Positions 50,369-64,000 of a DNA stretch of 64,000 bases are shown piece after piece. Made by a program: the position numbers and the translations under genes. Location: assembly GCA_951406725.2 (NCBI GenBank), contig OX597819.1, positions 102,858,001 to 102,922,000 of the forward strand. The letters are read 5' to 3'. Each line of letters starts with the position of its first letter. Positions within the stretch are counted from its first letter, which is position 1. Under the pieces are notes generated by a model, which saw only the letters and a list, made by a program, of their open reading frames with translations, searched no databases and was not told the origin of the DNA. The DNA comes from Octopus vulgaris (Eukaryota).

Positions 50369-50778
50369 TATATTTTTGTAAGCTTCTATGTATATTATTT
50401 TTTATGTACTATTCGCCGGAATTTTACTTGTGTCTTGATATGCTATATTTTTATAGTATCACTATATTTATTCCTCTTTTTCTAACAGTTTTAAGCGTGT
50501 TATATGCAAAATTTATATTTATATTTATATTTGTATTTATATTTTTACTTGTATATGATACTTATATATTACTGAATTTTTAAATTTCTAACATGTCGGA
50601 CTGTATATAGGATTTGCATGTGTTTGGTCTATCTTTGAATTTGGTGGTGTTCCTGTGGTTGTCGCTCATATTGCCTCTCCTTGGATAAAAAAGTGTATAC
50701 AGCTCATTGGAGCTCTTCTATTTCCAGTCCGTTGTATATCTTGAGTGTTGTTGTCACTCAAGATATAACTTTATATTT

Positions 50779-50821
<43 letters not shown>

Positions 50822-50860
50822 GGAGAGGGAGAGAGAGACAGAGGGAGATAGATAGATAGT

Positions 50861-50912
<52 letters not shown>

Positions 50913-51116
50913 CAGACAGGCACATACGTATATTCATGTTTGTATGTATTTTTACATACGCGCGCATGCATTCGCAAGTGTCCGTGAGAAACACTTGAAC
51001 ACTTACAACTATCGGACATTACTGACAAAACTGCAATTTTTTTTCTTTTTATCACATCTTTGATAGTACTTTATCATATTTTATATCAATTACACATAGA
51101 TATATACATAGAAAGA

Positions 51117-51164
<48 letters not shown>

Positions 51165-51973
51165 ATGTACATATATATACACACGTATATACTATATACA
51201 AATTTACATATGTACGCGCATGTGTATGAGAGAGTGCCTGCGTGTGTGTATACGGTATATCTATCTATCTATATGTATATCTTATTTTTAATGTTCTTTT
51301 AATCGTGCCATCGTTTGTTTGTATGGTATCTTTATTTATCAGAAGTCGTTATACATCTTAAATCTTGCACGGTCTGCTGCCTGCTTAATACAAGCTAATC
51401 GAGCAGTGTTTATAACAAGCCAGTCCGTTTTTCGCTTAACCAGAGAAATTATGTTATTTATAGCATACACTAGGGCAAAATTAACCTTAAATTGTTTCAA
51501 GAAACTTCTCCATTCCATCTAAAAAGCAATTTTAACCAATTCTTTATTCAAGCTTCTTATTTATTTCTCTCTATATTTATTTATGTCTGTATTTATTCAA
51601 TTATTTATTTATGGAGATTAATTCTGATTCCACAAGGTTAATAGTCACTGTAATGTGGAGAGAAACCGCCATAGTTCCTTCCAGAGATTTTTAATTTGTA
51701 AGTGCATCATATTTGGATAAAACTGACAGGAGCCTGTTGTTTATAGGTTAGTGAGTCGGAATAGTTATCTCTTTAAATCTAATTTCGCTTCACATGTTTT
51801 ATAGTCTACGGAGTTTGTCCCTTCGGTTGGGCTACTGGACGAAATTTATTTATTTTTTTTATTTTTAGTTTATTTATCTATTGGGTGTGAAATACAACAC
51901 ACTCACACACACATATGTATATAGATGCATACACGCGTGCATATATATATATATGTTTGTATGTATATATACA

Positions 51974-52004
<31 letters not shown>

Positions 52005-52123
52005 GTGTGTGTATGTACGCACAGGCATGACTGCGTTGCCAAGAAGGTCGCTTTAAAGAAACATAGTTTCCTGTTCAGTCCCAATAGCGCTACCTCTGGC
52101 AAATGTATTCTAGTGTGTGTGTG

Positions 52124-52343
52124 TAGAAGGGTGCTGAAAAGTTCCTGGGTTTGGGCAAAAGAAAATTCAGGAAGAGCAGTTGATCAGGATTTTCTTTCAA
52201 AATATTCCCACCTAAGCTTCGCACACTTATTACAGCAGTTCTCCAGTTTTTCGAAGCCCTGTAAAATAACTAGGAAGTTTGGGCCTTCAACCGGGTCTTT
52301 TGCCATAGCCTTAAAACTAGGAAATTTTTAGCACCTTATCGTG
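52124..52343. mobile_element. Mariner-type MITE
   Basis: Imperfect TIRs AGGGTGCTGAAAAGTTCCTGG / CTAGGAAATTTTTAGCACCTT. Confidence 0.6.
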
Positions 52344-52345
52344 TT

Positions 52346-52435
<90 letters not shown>

Positions 52436-54978
52436 ACTAAGTTGCTATTTTGTTAGATAATTTAGGAGTTAGTTATAGGTTTACTTATTCCATTTATTAA
52501 CCGATACTGTTTTTGCAAACAGGGTAAATGTGTTTCTTTGTTGTACTTTAATAAAAAATGTTAGTGCTTAATCCATCCTAGAATTAAGATTGAATGAATG
52601 TGGTGATATGTAATGTATGTTTGTACCGAAACAGCACTTATTTTAGTGTTGCTGATACTACCGGGTTGAATAGTACTGCGCATGTGTCGAAACCATAGTG
52701 ATATATGTGGGGCGGCTGATGATGGGAGTATGTGGAATCGTTGATATGGCCGTTATTCTATCTGCGGAATAATTTTATAGCACAACCATTTGGTGTGTGT
52801 GTGTGTGTATAAAACCTATGTAATAGATTTATAAACAGGACTAATTCAGCTATTGCTGCGTATATTGAGAAAAAAACGATGATAAACCTTAATAAATTTT
52901 TAAACCTTACTGAGTTGTCATCCGAGGTCTTCAGCCTTTTCACTAATCCCAGAGGAACGCGCAGCCTATCTATTTTTATTCCCAACAATTTTTGTTGCAG
53001 CAGAGATCTGAAGCTAACAATTTGCATTACCGTTAACAGTTTCTATATTCGTGTGTATTTGTGGGTCTTTTTCTCCACCACATCGCTCGACGATCGGTTT
53101 CGTTTTGCTCTGTAAGAGTAAATTAGCGGTTCAACCGAAGCACCCGGCTGAGTAAGTACCAGACTTGGGACTACAAAAGAAAAAAGAAAACGAAAAAGAA
53201 AGCAAAAAGAAAGCATAATTTTGTGATTATATATTTCTGAGATGAGGAATTTTATATTATGTATTAACCGTAGTTAAGTCCCAAGCAGGACCCTGAAATA
53301 AATCACAATCACCCGAAGAAAGCTGGGGCATACACAACCGAAACGTAGTGAAAGGAACAACATAGGTGAGGGCGCCACTCAGACTACTACATAATTTTAA
53401 TTTTCGTATCCCAGAAATAAGGAATTGCATTATCCATTCTGTAAGGAAGCGACATAAAGTATCGATGGAGGTTTATAAGCCTTTTGAATTCTATCTTGTC
53501 ACTGACTACGGGCATAAAGGCACTGGTTAATCTAGCGCACATTCTTAGAGGTCCTGAGTTCAATCCAAGGCAAGGCACTAAGGCGAATAACAAGGCTGGA
53601 TCATACATGGGCGAAAAATATAGTGAAAACAGAAATCAAGATGAGGACACCATAATAAAAGCTGTTTTGTTCGACGAAAATCTTCAAAAACGCGTCTTAG
53701 CGTGGTTGCAGTCTAACGATTGAAACAAGTAAAAGTTACATACATGAATTTATTTGCTGGTGTGTGTGTGTGTGTGTGTTAGAAAAGTAATATGCACTGG
53801 TGGTGGTGGTGGTGGTGGTGGTGATGTTGATGATGATGACGATGATAATAATCGTAATGATGGTCAAGATGATGTTGATGATGACGATGATGACCATGGT
53901 GATGATGCTAATGAGCTACGGTTAAGTCTAATGTCTAGTTTACAGCCATACACGAGGACCATTTCGAAGATATTATGTTAATTTGTGTGTGTGTGTGTGT
54001 GCTCGCACGTATAAGTAAATCAGAAAATCTTCTTTAAATATCTTCTGAGAAGGGAATCTATCAATGCTTATATATTTATTTGGACTAACTTATCCATGAG
54101 CTGATAGCTTTGTAAATATTTGCATTTATCCTTCATTTCGCTCACATTTGAAAACTGCACCTCATTTCTTATCATATTCATTGTTATTTCCTTTGGGACC
54201 ATTTATTTAAAACTAAACCAATACATATGCAATTAAATTGTTTTGATTTTTTAGTCATGAGGCTTGGCAATGCGCATGTTCTTTTCCAGGCTCATTGGGA
54301 CAGTTATACTCAAAGTGTATAGAACTATTCATGTACAAGTATGATGTAGTACAGAAAGAAAGACAACAGGTAACGCTGTTATTAGGAGAGGTTAGGAAGG
54401 TGAAAGATGAGAGTGAAGTATTGTATCTGAATAAAACAGGAGACACAATAGGAGTCAAAAACGCTTAGGAACAGGGGACACGATAGAAGTCAAAAACACT
54501 TAGGAACATAAACAGGAGAAAAGGAAGCAGGATCAATAGAGAAAATGAAAAATAAAACGAAAAAATGGAAAAAAAGAGACAGTGTGAAAGGGTGAGATTT
54601 TAGTAGATTATATAAACTTCAAAGAACTTTTAAAAAACCTCGAGAAAGAAGTTTTTGCGACAATGCAAAAAAATACCAAAAAGTTTCAAAAATTCCCAAA
54701 ATTCTCAGACGATTCCCCATGAATCTCGAAACATTTTCCTCCTGTTGTCTTTCGCTACAAGACGATAACTATGTTGTTTAAGATACACCAGCACATTGGT
54801 GCAAAAGAGAATACCGACAAAAGATAATCTAGATTATGAAAAAAACTAATATTATAAAAATATGATTTTAAAATTAGTTAATTTAAAGGGAAATTTCCAA
54901 TATGGTTCAATGAAAAAAAACTATATAAAATCTTGTTCATAAGATTCTGGGATATTCCATGAATTCCAACCAGCATGC

Positions 54979-55248
54979 TTAATTCACCGCTTTGCAATAA
55001 TCTAAAGAATACCGATTATTGAACGAGAAATTTCGGCAAAAAATATACTGACCACCCCCAAAATTCCAAGATGTGGGATGACTTCCAAATAAGCGTCCAA
55101 ATATATTTTCACATTTGCAATGTGCAAGATATCATATTATTTGAAAGTCATCCCACATCCTGGAAATTTGGGGGTTCAGTAAATTTTACGCCAAAATTTC
55201 TCGTTCAATAATCGGATTTCTTTAGATTATTGCAATGCGGTAGATTAA
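54979..55248. mobile_element. MITE with ~110-bp inverted repeats flanked by TTAA
   Basis: ACCGC..TTGCAATAATCTAAAGAA..CCGATTATTGAACGAGAAATTT...GATGTGGGATGACTT mirrored on the right. TTAA at 54979-54982 and 55245-55248 (piggyBac- or Kolobok-type TSD). Confidence 0.75.
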
Positions 55249-55518
55249 CCATATATATCACTCTCCCCTCTCTCTCTCTTTCTCTCATTTTCTCTCTCAC
55301 TATACATATATATATATAGCATGGACTTTTGTCAGTGAACAGGTTGCGGTCTCAAAGCGAAGAAAATATTTTGGCAAATTAAATTTAAATGTTGAAGTGA
55401 ATCTAACGGATTTCGTGTGTTTCTTAAATGGCTTATAAACACCTTCCACGCTGCAATCGTTTTCGTTCCAGCACACAATCACAGATCAGGTCACTTGCTA
55501 TGCAAATACATCTCCGTA

Positions 55519-55557
<39 letters not shown>

Positions 55558-56032
55558 ACCACGTATACAGATTTATAATCCATATAAAATAGTATGGAGG
55601 CATGCATGCACAGATACTACGATTACATATATATATACAAACACATGCCTGCACACATCTATCAGGAAAACGCATATTTTTTTCATTACAGCGGCTGACA
55701 AAGTATAAATTAGCTACTCCATTCATCGCTCATTTCACACCATAAATATATAACTCATATGTATACAAACACGCACATACACACCGTTTCATAACACGCA
55801 TCCCCAAATATATATATATGTGCATATACACAGATATCTGTGTTTGTGTATACATATTTATGTAGGTTATTAGTGTTTGTCACTATTTAATTTCAGGCAA
55901 CACCCAATGACAAATAAGAATATATTTTTAAGTAACATAAAACTGTCTTCCGTTCTCCAAGATTCTGATAATTCTGAAGTACAAACCCACTTACTAGTTA
56001 CCCTAAGGATTACTTTGAATTTTATATTTATA

Positions 56033-56096
<64 letters not shown>

Positions 56097-56155
56097 ATAT
56101 ACACACATATATGAATATATATACATATTTGAATATATATATATATATATATGTA

Positions 56156-56186
<31 letters not shown>

Positions 56187-56334
56187 GATAGATAGATATA
56201 TATATATTATGTGCATAAACATGTGTAAGCACACTGCCATATATGTATATACATGGATGTATATATATTCATGCATATATATATATGCATATATAAATAA
56301 GTATATATATATACATACATATATACATATATAT

Positions 56335-56372
<38 letters not shown>

Positions 56373-57921
56373 TTGTATATAATTATAAAAATATAAATAT
56401 AATTAAAGGCGCTGGATTACCAACGCCTATACGCTAGAACTAGATGTCAAATGTCTACAAGCCACCCTAAATTTGTTCTTTATTTCATCACAACAGAAAG
56501 CCGAATGCGACATAATGGGTAACATTTACAAAATTTCGGATAACCCTATAACTTAAGATTCCTTGTTCTGTCATAAAATTACTTTACACTATTCAGTAGA
56601 GGCACACCGCCAATATATAATAAAAAAATACATATACATACCATATCAATGGCAACGTATAAAAAGCCATCATATCGGTAAAATTAATTTTTAAGAATTA
56701 CCAATTCGCTAACTCATTTGTACGTACCTTCGGTGCGTGTCACACTTACTTCAAATTAAGAGGTAAAAAGGTTGAATGGAGAGGTGCAAAGAAAGAGAGA
56801 AAAGGTGTTAAGCAGAAAAGGTATAACTGAACTGAGTGGCAAAGCGGTAGAGAGAGGCTGGACAGAGACGAAGTGAGAGAAAACGTCAGAATGAGAGAGA
56901 AAGTCAGAATGAGAGAGAAAGTCAGAATGAGAAGGTCAAAGTGAGAGAGAACTAAAAAGTGTTAAGCAGTGGTGGTATAGTTGAAATTAGAGGTAAAGCG
57001 GGGGAGTGGGGAGGGACAGAGAGGATGTGAGAAAGACAGAAAGTGAGAGAGACAATGAGTTGTGACAGAAGGGGAGGTGGCGTTCGTCTTGTGTTTTTAA
57101 ATATTTATCAGTATTTTTCAGAGTCGACTGATGCATACATCGAAAGATAAGTAGACACCTAGATCGATGTGGTTAGCCGTAAACTGGAACATAACTGAGA
57201 GTCATCATGGTATCCGCTCAGAAAATATATCCCTCCAAACTCACCCCATATATATGTGTATGTGTGCATGTATGTGTGTTTGTGTATCCTGTGTATATAC
57301 GGAATAAATTTCTTTATGTATGTATATATGTTACCTTGCGCAGTGATACATCTACAGTTTATTATAGTTTTTTGTTATTTATCATTGGATTACTCCGTTC
57401 AAATCGTTGTTATTCGGACAGTTCGATAAAAATGTAACTACCTTATCAAAAGAGTCCTGCCTTTTTCATGACAGTTAGGGTATGATCCGAGGTAAATTTG
57501 GTTGCCATTTCTAGAGAAGTGAGTGGCCACCTACATAGAACCCTTCCGGCCCGTATTTATACTTGTTATTTTGTACTTTGTTTTCTGGAATGAATATACT
57601 TTTATTTTCCGGTTCACCGAGTAATCCTACAATAGCAACTAAAAAGGAAACATCAGTTATGATTATCATTAGCATATAACAACAACAACCACAACCACCA
57701 CAACAACAGCTACAACAGCAACGGAAACAACTGTAGCTGCAGCAGGGATGATGACAACAACAATAACAACAACTAAAAGAATAATAATTATATTAAAACT
57801 AACAGAGACAACAAGGAAGCAATGGAACCAATATGATAACGAACAACATTATAGAAATACATGAGAGAAAGAGTAGAAGAGCTTGAAAGAAAGGAACAGC
57901 AAGAAGAAAGAAAATAAAAAA

Positions 57922-58110
57922 TGGAGCGAATATATTGGTCAAGGTATTCGGCTCATAATCGGAAGGTCGTGAGTTCGATTCACGGCAGCGCATTGTGTTC
58001 TTGACCAAGATACTTTATTTCATGTTGTTTCAATCAACTTGACTGGCAAAAATGAGTTATACTGGTAATTCAAAGGGCCAGACAAGTCCTATTCTTTCTG
58101 ATGCTAAATA
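57922..58110 (+). mobile_element. Degenerate tRNA-derived SINE
   Basis: TTGGTCAAGGTATTCGGCTC..GTGAGTTCGATTC..TTGTGTTCTTGACCAAGATACTTTATTTCA, same family as the minus-strand copy at ~7100-7248. Confidence 0.6.
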
Positions 58111-59515
58111 ACCCGGAACCATGTGGCTGGAAAGCAAGCTTCTTACTACACAGCTACCCATGATTGCTATGATTATTGAAGATTACGATTGTATTTTGTG
58201 TTATGATGTTGGTACTTGTTATGAAAACTGATGGCTATGTTAGTGGGGATAATCGGTAGATTTGTGATGAGAAGAAAACTAATGCTGAAGTTAGTAATAA
58301 CAATTTAGTAAAGATTACTATGTCAAATGTAATGATGTTAATGGTGATTGCTTTCATAATAGTATTCAAGTAGATAGCATCAGTGATTTCTGTGATAGAG
58401 GTCATATATGCATTATGTAGATGATGATGATGATTATTATTATTATGATGATGATGATGATAATTATGATGACGATGATCATGATGATGCGGGTGGTGGT
58501 GATGGTGATGGTAATGATGATGATGGTGGTGATGATGGTGGTAGTAGTGTGAGTGTTAATGATGATGAGGATGCTGCTGCTGCTGCTGATGATGATGATG
58601 AAAAGGATGATGTCGAAGACGACGACTGCGACGATGACGACGGCGATGGAGACGAAGATTGAAGTTGACGACGACGTCGGTGAAAGCTATAACCACCACC
58701 ACCAACAACAACAACAACAACATCACCACCATGGTAATGATGCTGATAATGATGATGACGATAACGCCGATAAGAATATTGATGTGTATGATGATCATTA
58801 TGGCAAAATTACGCAATAATGAAAAAAAACTGATAAGATGGTGGGTTAAACATTAGGGAAAGTAATGTTATAATCATCAATGCTATTATCGTTCTCGTCA
58901 TTTTTATTAATGTTGTTGGTGGTATTAGCGTTTCCAATGTTGTTGTCATTGTTGTTGTTATTGTTATTGTTTTTGTTGATGTTTCTGTTGTTATTTTTGC
59001 TGAATGTTCGTTGACAAATGTCCAATTTTTTTCTTGTTCTCGATATTATGTCGCTTGCAATTTATTTACATTCGTGTAATTAAGACATTAATAATGGGGA
59101 GAGAAGACAAAAACTGAAAGATTAGATATCTCTGGACTTAATTTACAAAATTCCAAGCCACTGTACTCCACCGACATTATTAGATCGAACCAACGAACAA
59201 TCCTCAACGCTCGAATCACACGCGGCCAGTGTAATCTCTTCTTCCTTTCTTTTCAATTCTTTTATTTTTCTTTCCTTCTTTCCTTCCTTCCTTCCTTCAT
59301 TCCTTCATTCTTTGTTTCCATCACTATCTGTCTTTTTCTTTATACGTAATTAAGAAGCATGCTTCGCAGCCACATGGTTTTGGGTTCGGTTCCACTGCGA
59401 AGCACCTTCTGCAAGTGCCTTCCACTATAGCCCAGGCCGAAGAGCCAATGCCTAGTGAACGAATTTAGTACACAGAACAACCACCCCAAACCAATACACA
59501 CACACACTCACAGGC

Positions 59516-59546
<31 letters not shown>

Positions 59547-59995
59547 GAGAGAAAGAGAGAGATTGATATATGTATATATATGTATATGTATGTGTGTGTG
59601 TAGAGAGAGAGAGAGGGAATGAGAGAAAGATAGAAAGAAAAGCATATATATATATATATATAATATATATATACATACATAGAGGTGGAGAACTGATCCT
59701 AAATCTGCTAGATGACCCAATATTTAACAACAAAATATATGGCTGTGCGTTTGTGTCTCTGTGTCTGTCAGTGTGATCTCATTACGTACGAAACTCTAAC
59801 TCATTAACGGCGATAAGGTGCATGGAATTGATATCAGTTCATTAATCTAAATGATATTATTGATACGGTTAAACATGAAAATCTGTCATATATTGTATTA
59901 CAATATAAAACTCCGATGCATATAATACTTCATCGCCATTTATGAGTCGAAATGGGGTGGACGCATTCAAGGATAGTTTTGCGTTTATAGTATCA

Positions 59996-59998
<3 letters not shown>

Positions 59999-60054
<56 letters not shown>

Positions 60055-60077
60055 TATTATTATTATTATTATTATTA

Positions 60078-60136
<59 letters not shown>

Positions 60137-60560
60137 GAGTGAGAGTACATGCAATTAAAAGTGACACTGAGGTAAAATATACGAAGCCCAGTACGCTCAT
60201 CATGACTATCCGTCTGATAAGGGTACACCTGACACATGCATCACAATGATATGTGCGTGACATAGTGATCTCTTATCGAGATAAACAGCGCATGACCTTG
60301 CAGGTAGAGCCCAGATAGAATTTTCTTCTATCCCGCTTAAAATATCTCTGAATTATAGCTGTTTAAGGACGTTGAACCAAAACCCATGTTTCCAAAAGGG
60401 AATTATCCCAACCCCAAAGAATTCTTCTCAGCACATGGCTATGATGTTCCCCCACTACTTCTGCTCGTGATCAGAGATGCAGCCACCAAGGGACATTCTC
60501 AACAGGTTAAGGTCAAGCAAATGACAAGCAAATTGGTGGTACTGAGTAGCATATTTCCTT
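59999..60560 (-). mobile_element. Probable 3' end of a non-LTR element with a long (AAT)n tail
   Basis: Higher-complexity block whose minus strand runs into (AAT)n at 59999-60136; family not identifiable. Confidence 0.4.
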
Positions 60561-60578
60561 AACTCACCTTGAATACCA

Positions 60579-60675
<97 letters not shown>

Positions 60676-60767
60676 TTGTGTTGTTGCGAAGCTCAAAAGC
60701 AGTGCACAAAGAACAAATGTGATCAGTAATATTCCAGCAGTGACAACATTACCGTATTATCATTGTT

Positions 60768-60807
60768 TCCCCTCTGTGTTTAGCCCCTTGTGGGTCGTAA
60801 AGAAATA
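60768..60807 (+). mobile_element. 40-bp 5'-truncated retro-insertion of tail type 1 with 15-bp TSD
   Basis: TCCCCTCTGTGTTTAGCCCCTTGTGGGTCGTAAAGAAATA flanked by exact CGTATTATCATTGTT at 60753-60767 and 60808-60822. Confidence 0.85.
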
Positions 60808-62795
60808 CGTATTATCATTGTTATAAGGTGAGGAAATTTCGAACCTGGGTTTTTATTCCTAAGGTAGTTTTCGATGTTGTTGTTGTTGTTATTATTATTA
60901 TTATTGTTGTTGTTGTTGTTGTTGTTCTTGTTCAGGTCACTGCTTAGAATCTAACTCGGAATCTTGGAGTTAGTAATCCGCACTCTTAACCCCTACGCCA
61001 TATGCCCGTGGGCATATGGCATAGTGATTAAGAGCGCATTCAACATATCTCACCTCCAAAGATTTGGCTGCTATTCCTAACATGTCCTTCTACTACGTAA
61101 CCACTATTTGCGACAAAGGACACAAAACAGCTGATACGTGGTAGCAGGGCGTGCAAGAATTAACAGCCAAATCTTTCCTTTTCTCGGGAAATGTGATTTC
61201 GATATCACATTCGTTGAAATCATGCGAAATAACCTGGAAAAGAAAAGAAAAACAACCTACAAAACGAAACTCTGTTTCCCAGGAAACTTCTAGGTCCCCA
61301 CCCTTCCCCTCTTTTTTTCATAAGAAAGTGGTTTGCGGTGGGTTTGAAGTTGAGATACGTTGAATGCACTCGAAATTATTTACCCAGGATCGGTACAGGT
61401 GTGCGAATAGAAGGATCGATGAGACTCATAAAACAAGTGCTGAGCGTCTGAGGGAACATAGGGAAACATAGAGGAGCAGGAGAGATCAGGAATCGGACGC
61501 TCGGAGGTTTGAGCGTCTGGCGAAACAGGGAGAGAGACAAACGCAGGAGAGAGACGTCAGGTATCGATACTGACATGTATACAAATGGATTAAAACAAGT
61601 TTCATGTAAATCGTGCCACGGCTTACCGAAATACACGTTTTTTTGTTTTGTTTTTTGTGGAGGTTACCTTAATAAACAGCTAAACCGGTGTATAATGGGG
61701 AAAATACTTTGAAAGTAGGGTACCGTTTAAATGTGAATACACATGGAATAACAGAAGTTTCGCATAAATCGGACCACGGATTCTCGAGATATACAGTTTT
61801 TTCGGGTACCTTGAACTATTGGTGACCTAACGGATTTTGGATTGTCTATTGGTTGAACAGGTTTCCCTGTATGGAGAAGGATCCCGTTATGTTTGACGAA
61901 GCTGTAGGAAAGGCAACCCTTCTAGGATGAAGATACGCTAGTGGAAAATTGCAGTCAAAATAATATCATTCTTCTTGTTATACTTGCCACCGTAACCTAA
62001 TATGGAGACTGAGAGAGAGGTAAAAGTGTTGTGCAAGCTTTTACATCCCATGATGTACAGATATCTAACTGATGTTAGACGATTATCATCTAACAAGATG
62101 AGGCAATGTTCATGTGAACGTGTGTGTGTGTCTGTGTGTGTTTGTGTGTACGTGTGTGTACGCGCGCGTGCGTCCGCGAGTGTAGTGCGTATGTATGTGT
62201 AAGTATATACAAACCGCACCCACAGAAAAAAAAACAGACAAAATGATTGATAAATATCAATATGTGTTTGCTTATAATTATGTGCGTTTGAGTGTGCATG
62301 TGGAAGTGTGCTTCTCTATGTGTGAATAAATTAAAAAACCGAAAATATATACAAAACTAATATTGCAAGAAAGTTTATGAAAATTTTTCTTGGGGAAAAT
62401 ATGTCATAAAAATACTGGAGGGCGTTGTGAGCGGACAAATATATCACCCTATCAAACATAAGGTGCAACATATGCGGGTCGGTGTGAGCAAGATTTTTGA
62501 TAATATATACAATACTGATTGCTAGTATAATAACTGTTGTTATTGTTGTTTTTGTTGCAGGGTTGTAGTCATTAAAAGACGCTATTTCTTCTATTTCTTA
62601 AATTATATAATTTCAATTTTTATATATTTTACGCCGACGAATTAGGAGCAAGGAGAAATAGAATTACAATTCTTCAAGTAAACTGAAAAGGGGTAAAAAA
62701 AATGAAAGACTTGGAACGTCAGTCTAGAGATATAAGCAGAAAAGTAATAATAATAATAATAATAATAATGATAATAATGATAATAATGATAATGA

Positions 62796-62846
<51 letters not shown>

Positions 62847-62930
62847 CATTATAGTGATAAACAAGAAGAAGGATGACTACGCTAATAAGATTATATAAAC
62901 GATCAATAATAACAATAATATCATCAGGTT

Positions 62931-63003
<73 letters not shown>

Positions 63004-63265
63004 GCAATATGAAATATCGCACCATAGGGGTTGATTGTGAATGCTAGGCAGTTATGTTGATACTAACTTACGTGTTATTTTCCTATTAATATTTTATGAA
63101 ATTTATTTACGTCTATTGCAGAAAGTTCCAGCATAATTTCCACACCAATTGTGTGACACCTCGTGTGAAATTATACTTCATATGGGGTTAAATGATATAG
63201 ATCTCGCCTGAATTCATACCTCATACACTCATCATGACATGGTTTCAGAAACATACAAACATGAC

Positions 63266-63312
<47 letters not shown>

Positions 63313-64000
63313 TTACGCATTTCTGTACATATTCATCTATATACATATACACATATATACATCTCTCTCTCTATATATATATGCATATACGTACGTAGTT
63401 ATGAAGGTATGTGCCTGTATGCGTGTGTTTGTGCGTGTGTTAACGGAGAGGCAATTATATACACCGAATTCATTGCAAGCCAATGAATGTATAAATATGT
63501 TTATTTCCATTCAGCCTTATTTACATACAAATAAAAGACACATATACACTTCCACAGAGATACAGACACACGCGCATATATTCACACATACATATATACA
63601 TACATATGAGCGTCTGACTGAGTGTTTATGTATGAATTATTTAAATATATACACACATGCGCACAGAAATATACATTTACATATATAATATTTAGATGTA
63701 CTTATGTATGTATATACATACTCACACACATACACATGCACACATATATGTATATATACACATCGGTACCTCCGGTTTTGTATGTCTGTGTGTTTGTGCA
63801 TGAATATATGTATCTGTACAAGCACATGCATGAAATACCACATTGTCAGATAATATGTTACGTTATTAATTCTTCTATTACGCGTTGAATTGAGAGGTCA
63901 ATTTCACACAAAGCATCTGTAATCCACCCGTACAGTGAAAACATACACAGATACACATGAACACATTCTTACACACAAACACACATTCACACACAAACAC

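Noticed and set aside
58408-58856. Asp/His/Gln-rich ORFs (also 2803-3151, 15462-16226, 53754-53981)
   Set aside because: Trinucleotide low-complexity tracts without splice or domain evidence.

Overview
Very AT-rich, microsatellite-saturated animal genomic DNA. The SINE, Helitron and Penelope repeat content and the (CCCTAA)n tract suggest a coleoid cephalopod such as Octopus (inference from repeat style, not a database result). I can support no host protein-coding gene; almost all short ORFs in the track are translations of (TA)n/(CA)n/(TATC)n/(GAT)n repeats. The main structure is a nested retroelement complex at about 28.8-40.3 kb. A non-autonomous Helitron-like shell (TC...hairpin-CTAG) contains a decayed LINE ORF1 fragment. 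That fragment is split at one point by a head-to-tail train of three ORF1-only (HAL1/'half-LINE'-like) elements followed by one full-length L1/Tx1-type LINE (ORF1 plus APE-RT-CCHC ORF2, 12-bp TSD, RT motif YADE). All four elements and the abundant tRNA-derived SINEs in the window end in a related 3' tail with a small hairpin whose CTTGT loop is largely conserved while the stem varies, suggesting one LINE machine serving ORF1-only elements and SINEs. At 46.5-49.9 kb an interstitial degenerate telomeric tract abuts a 2.8-kb 22-bp satellite, just after a ~650-bp local duplication. The rest is SINEs, Helitrons, MITEs, decayed mariner/hAT/LINE/Penelope pieces and candidate hammerhead ribozyme motifs.
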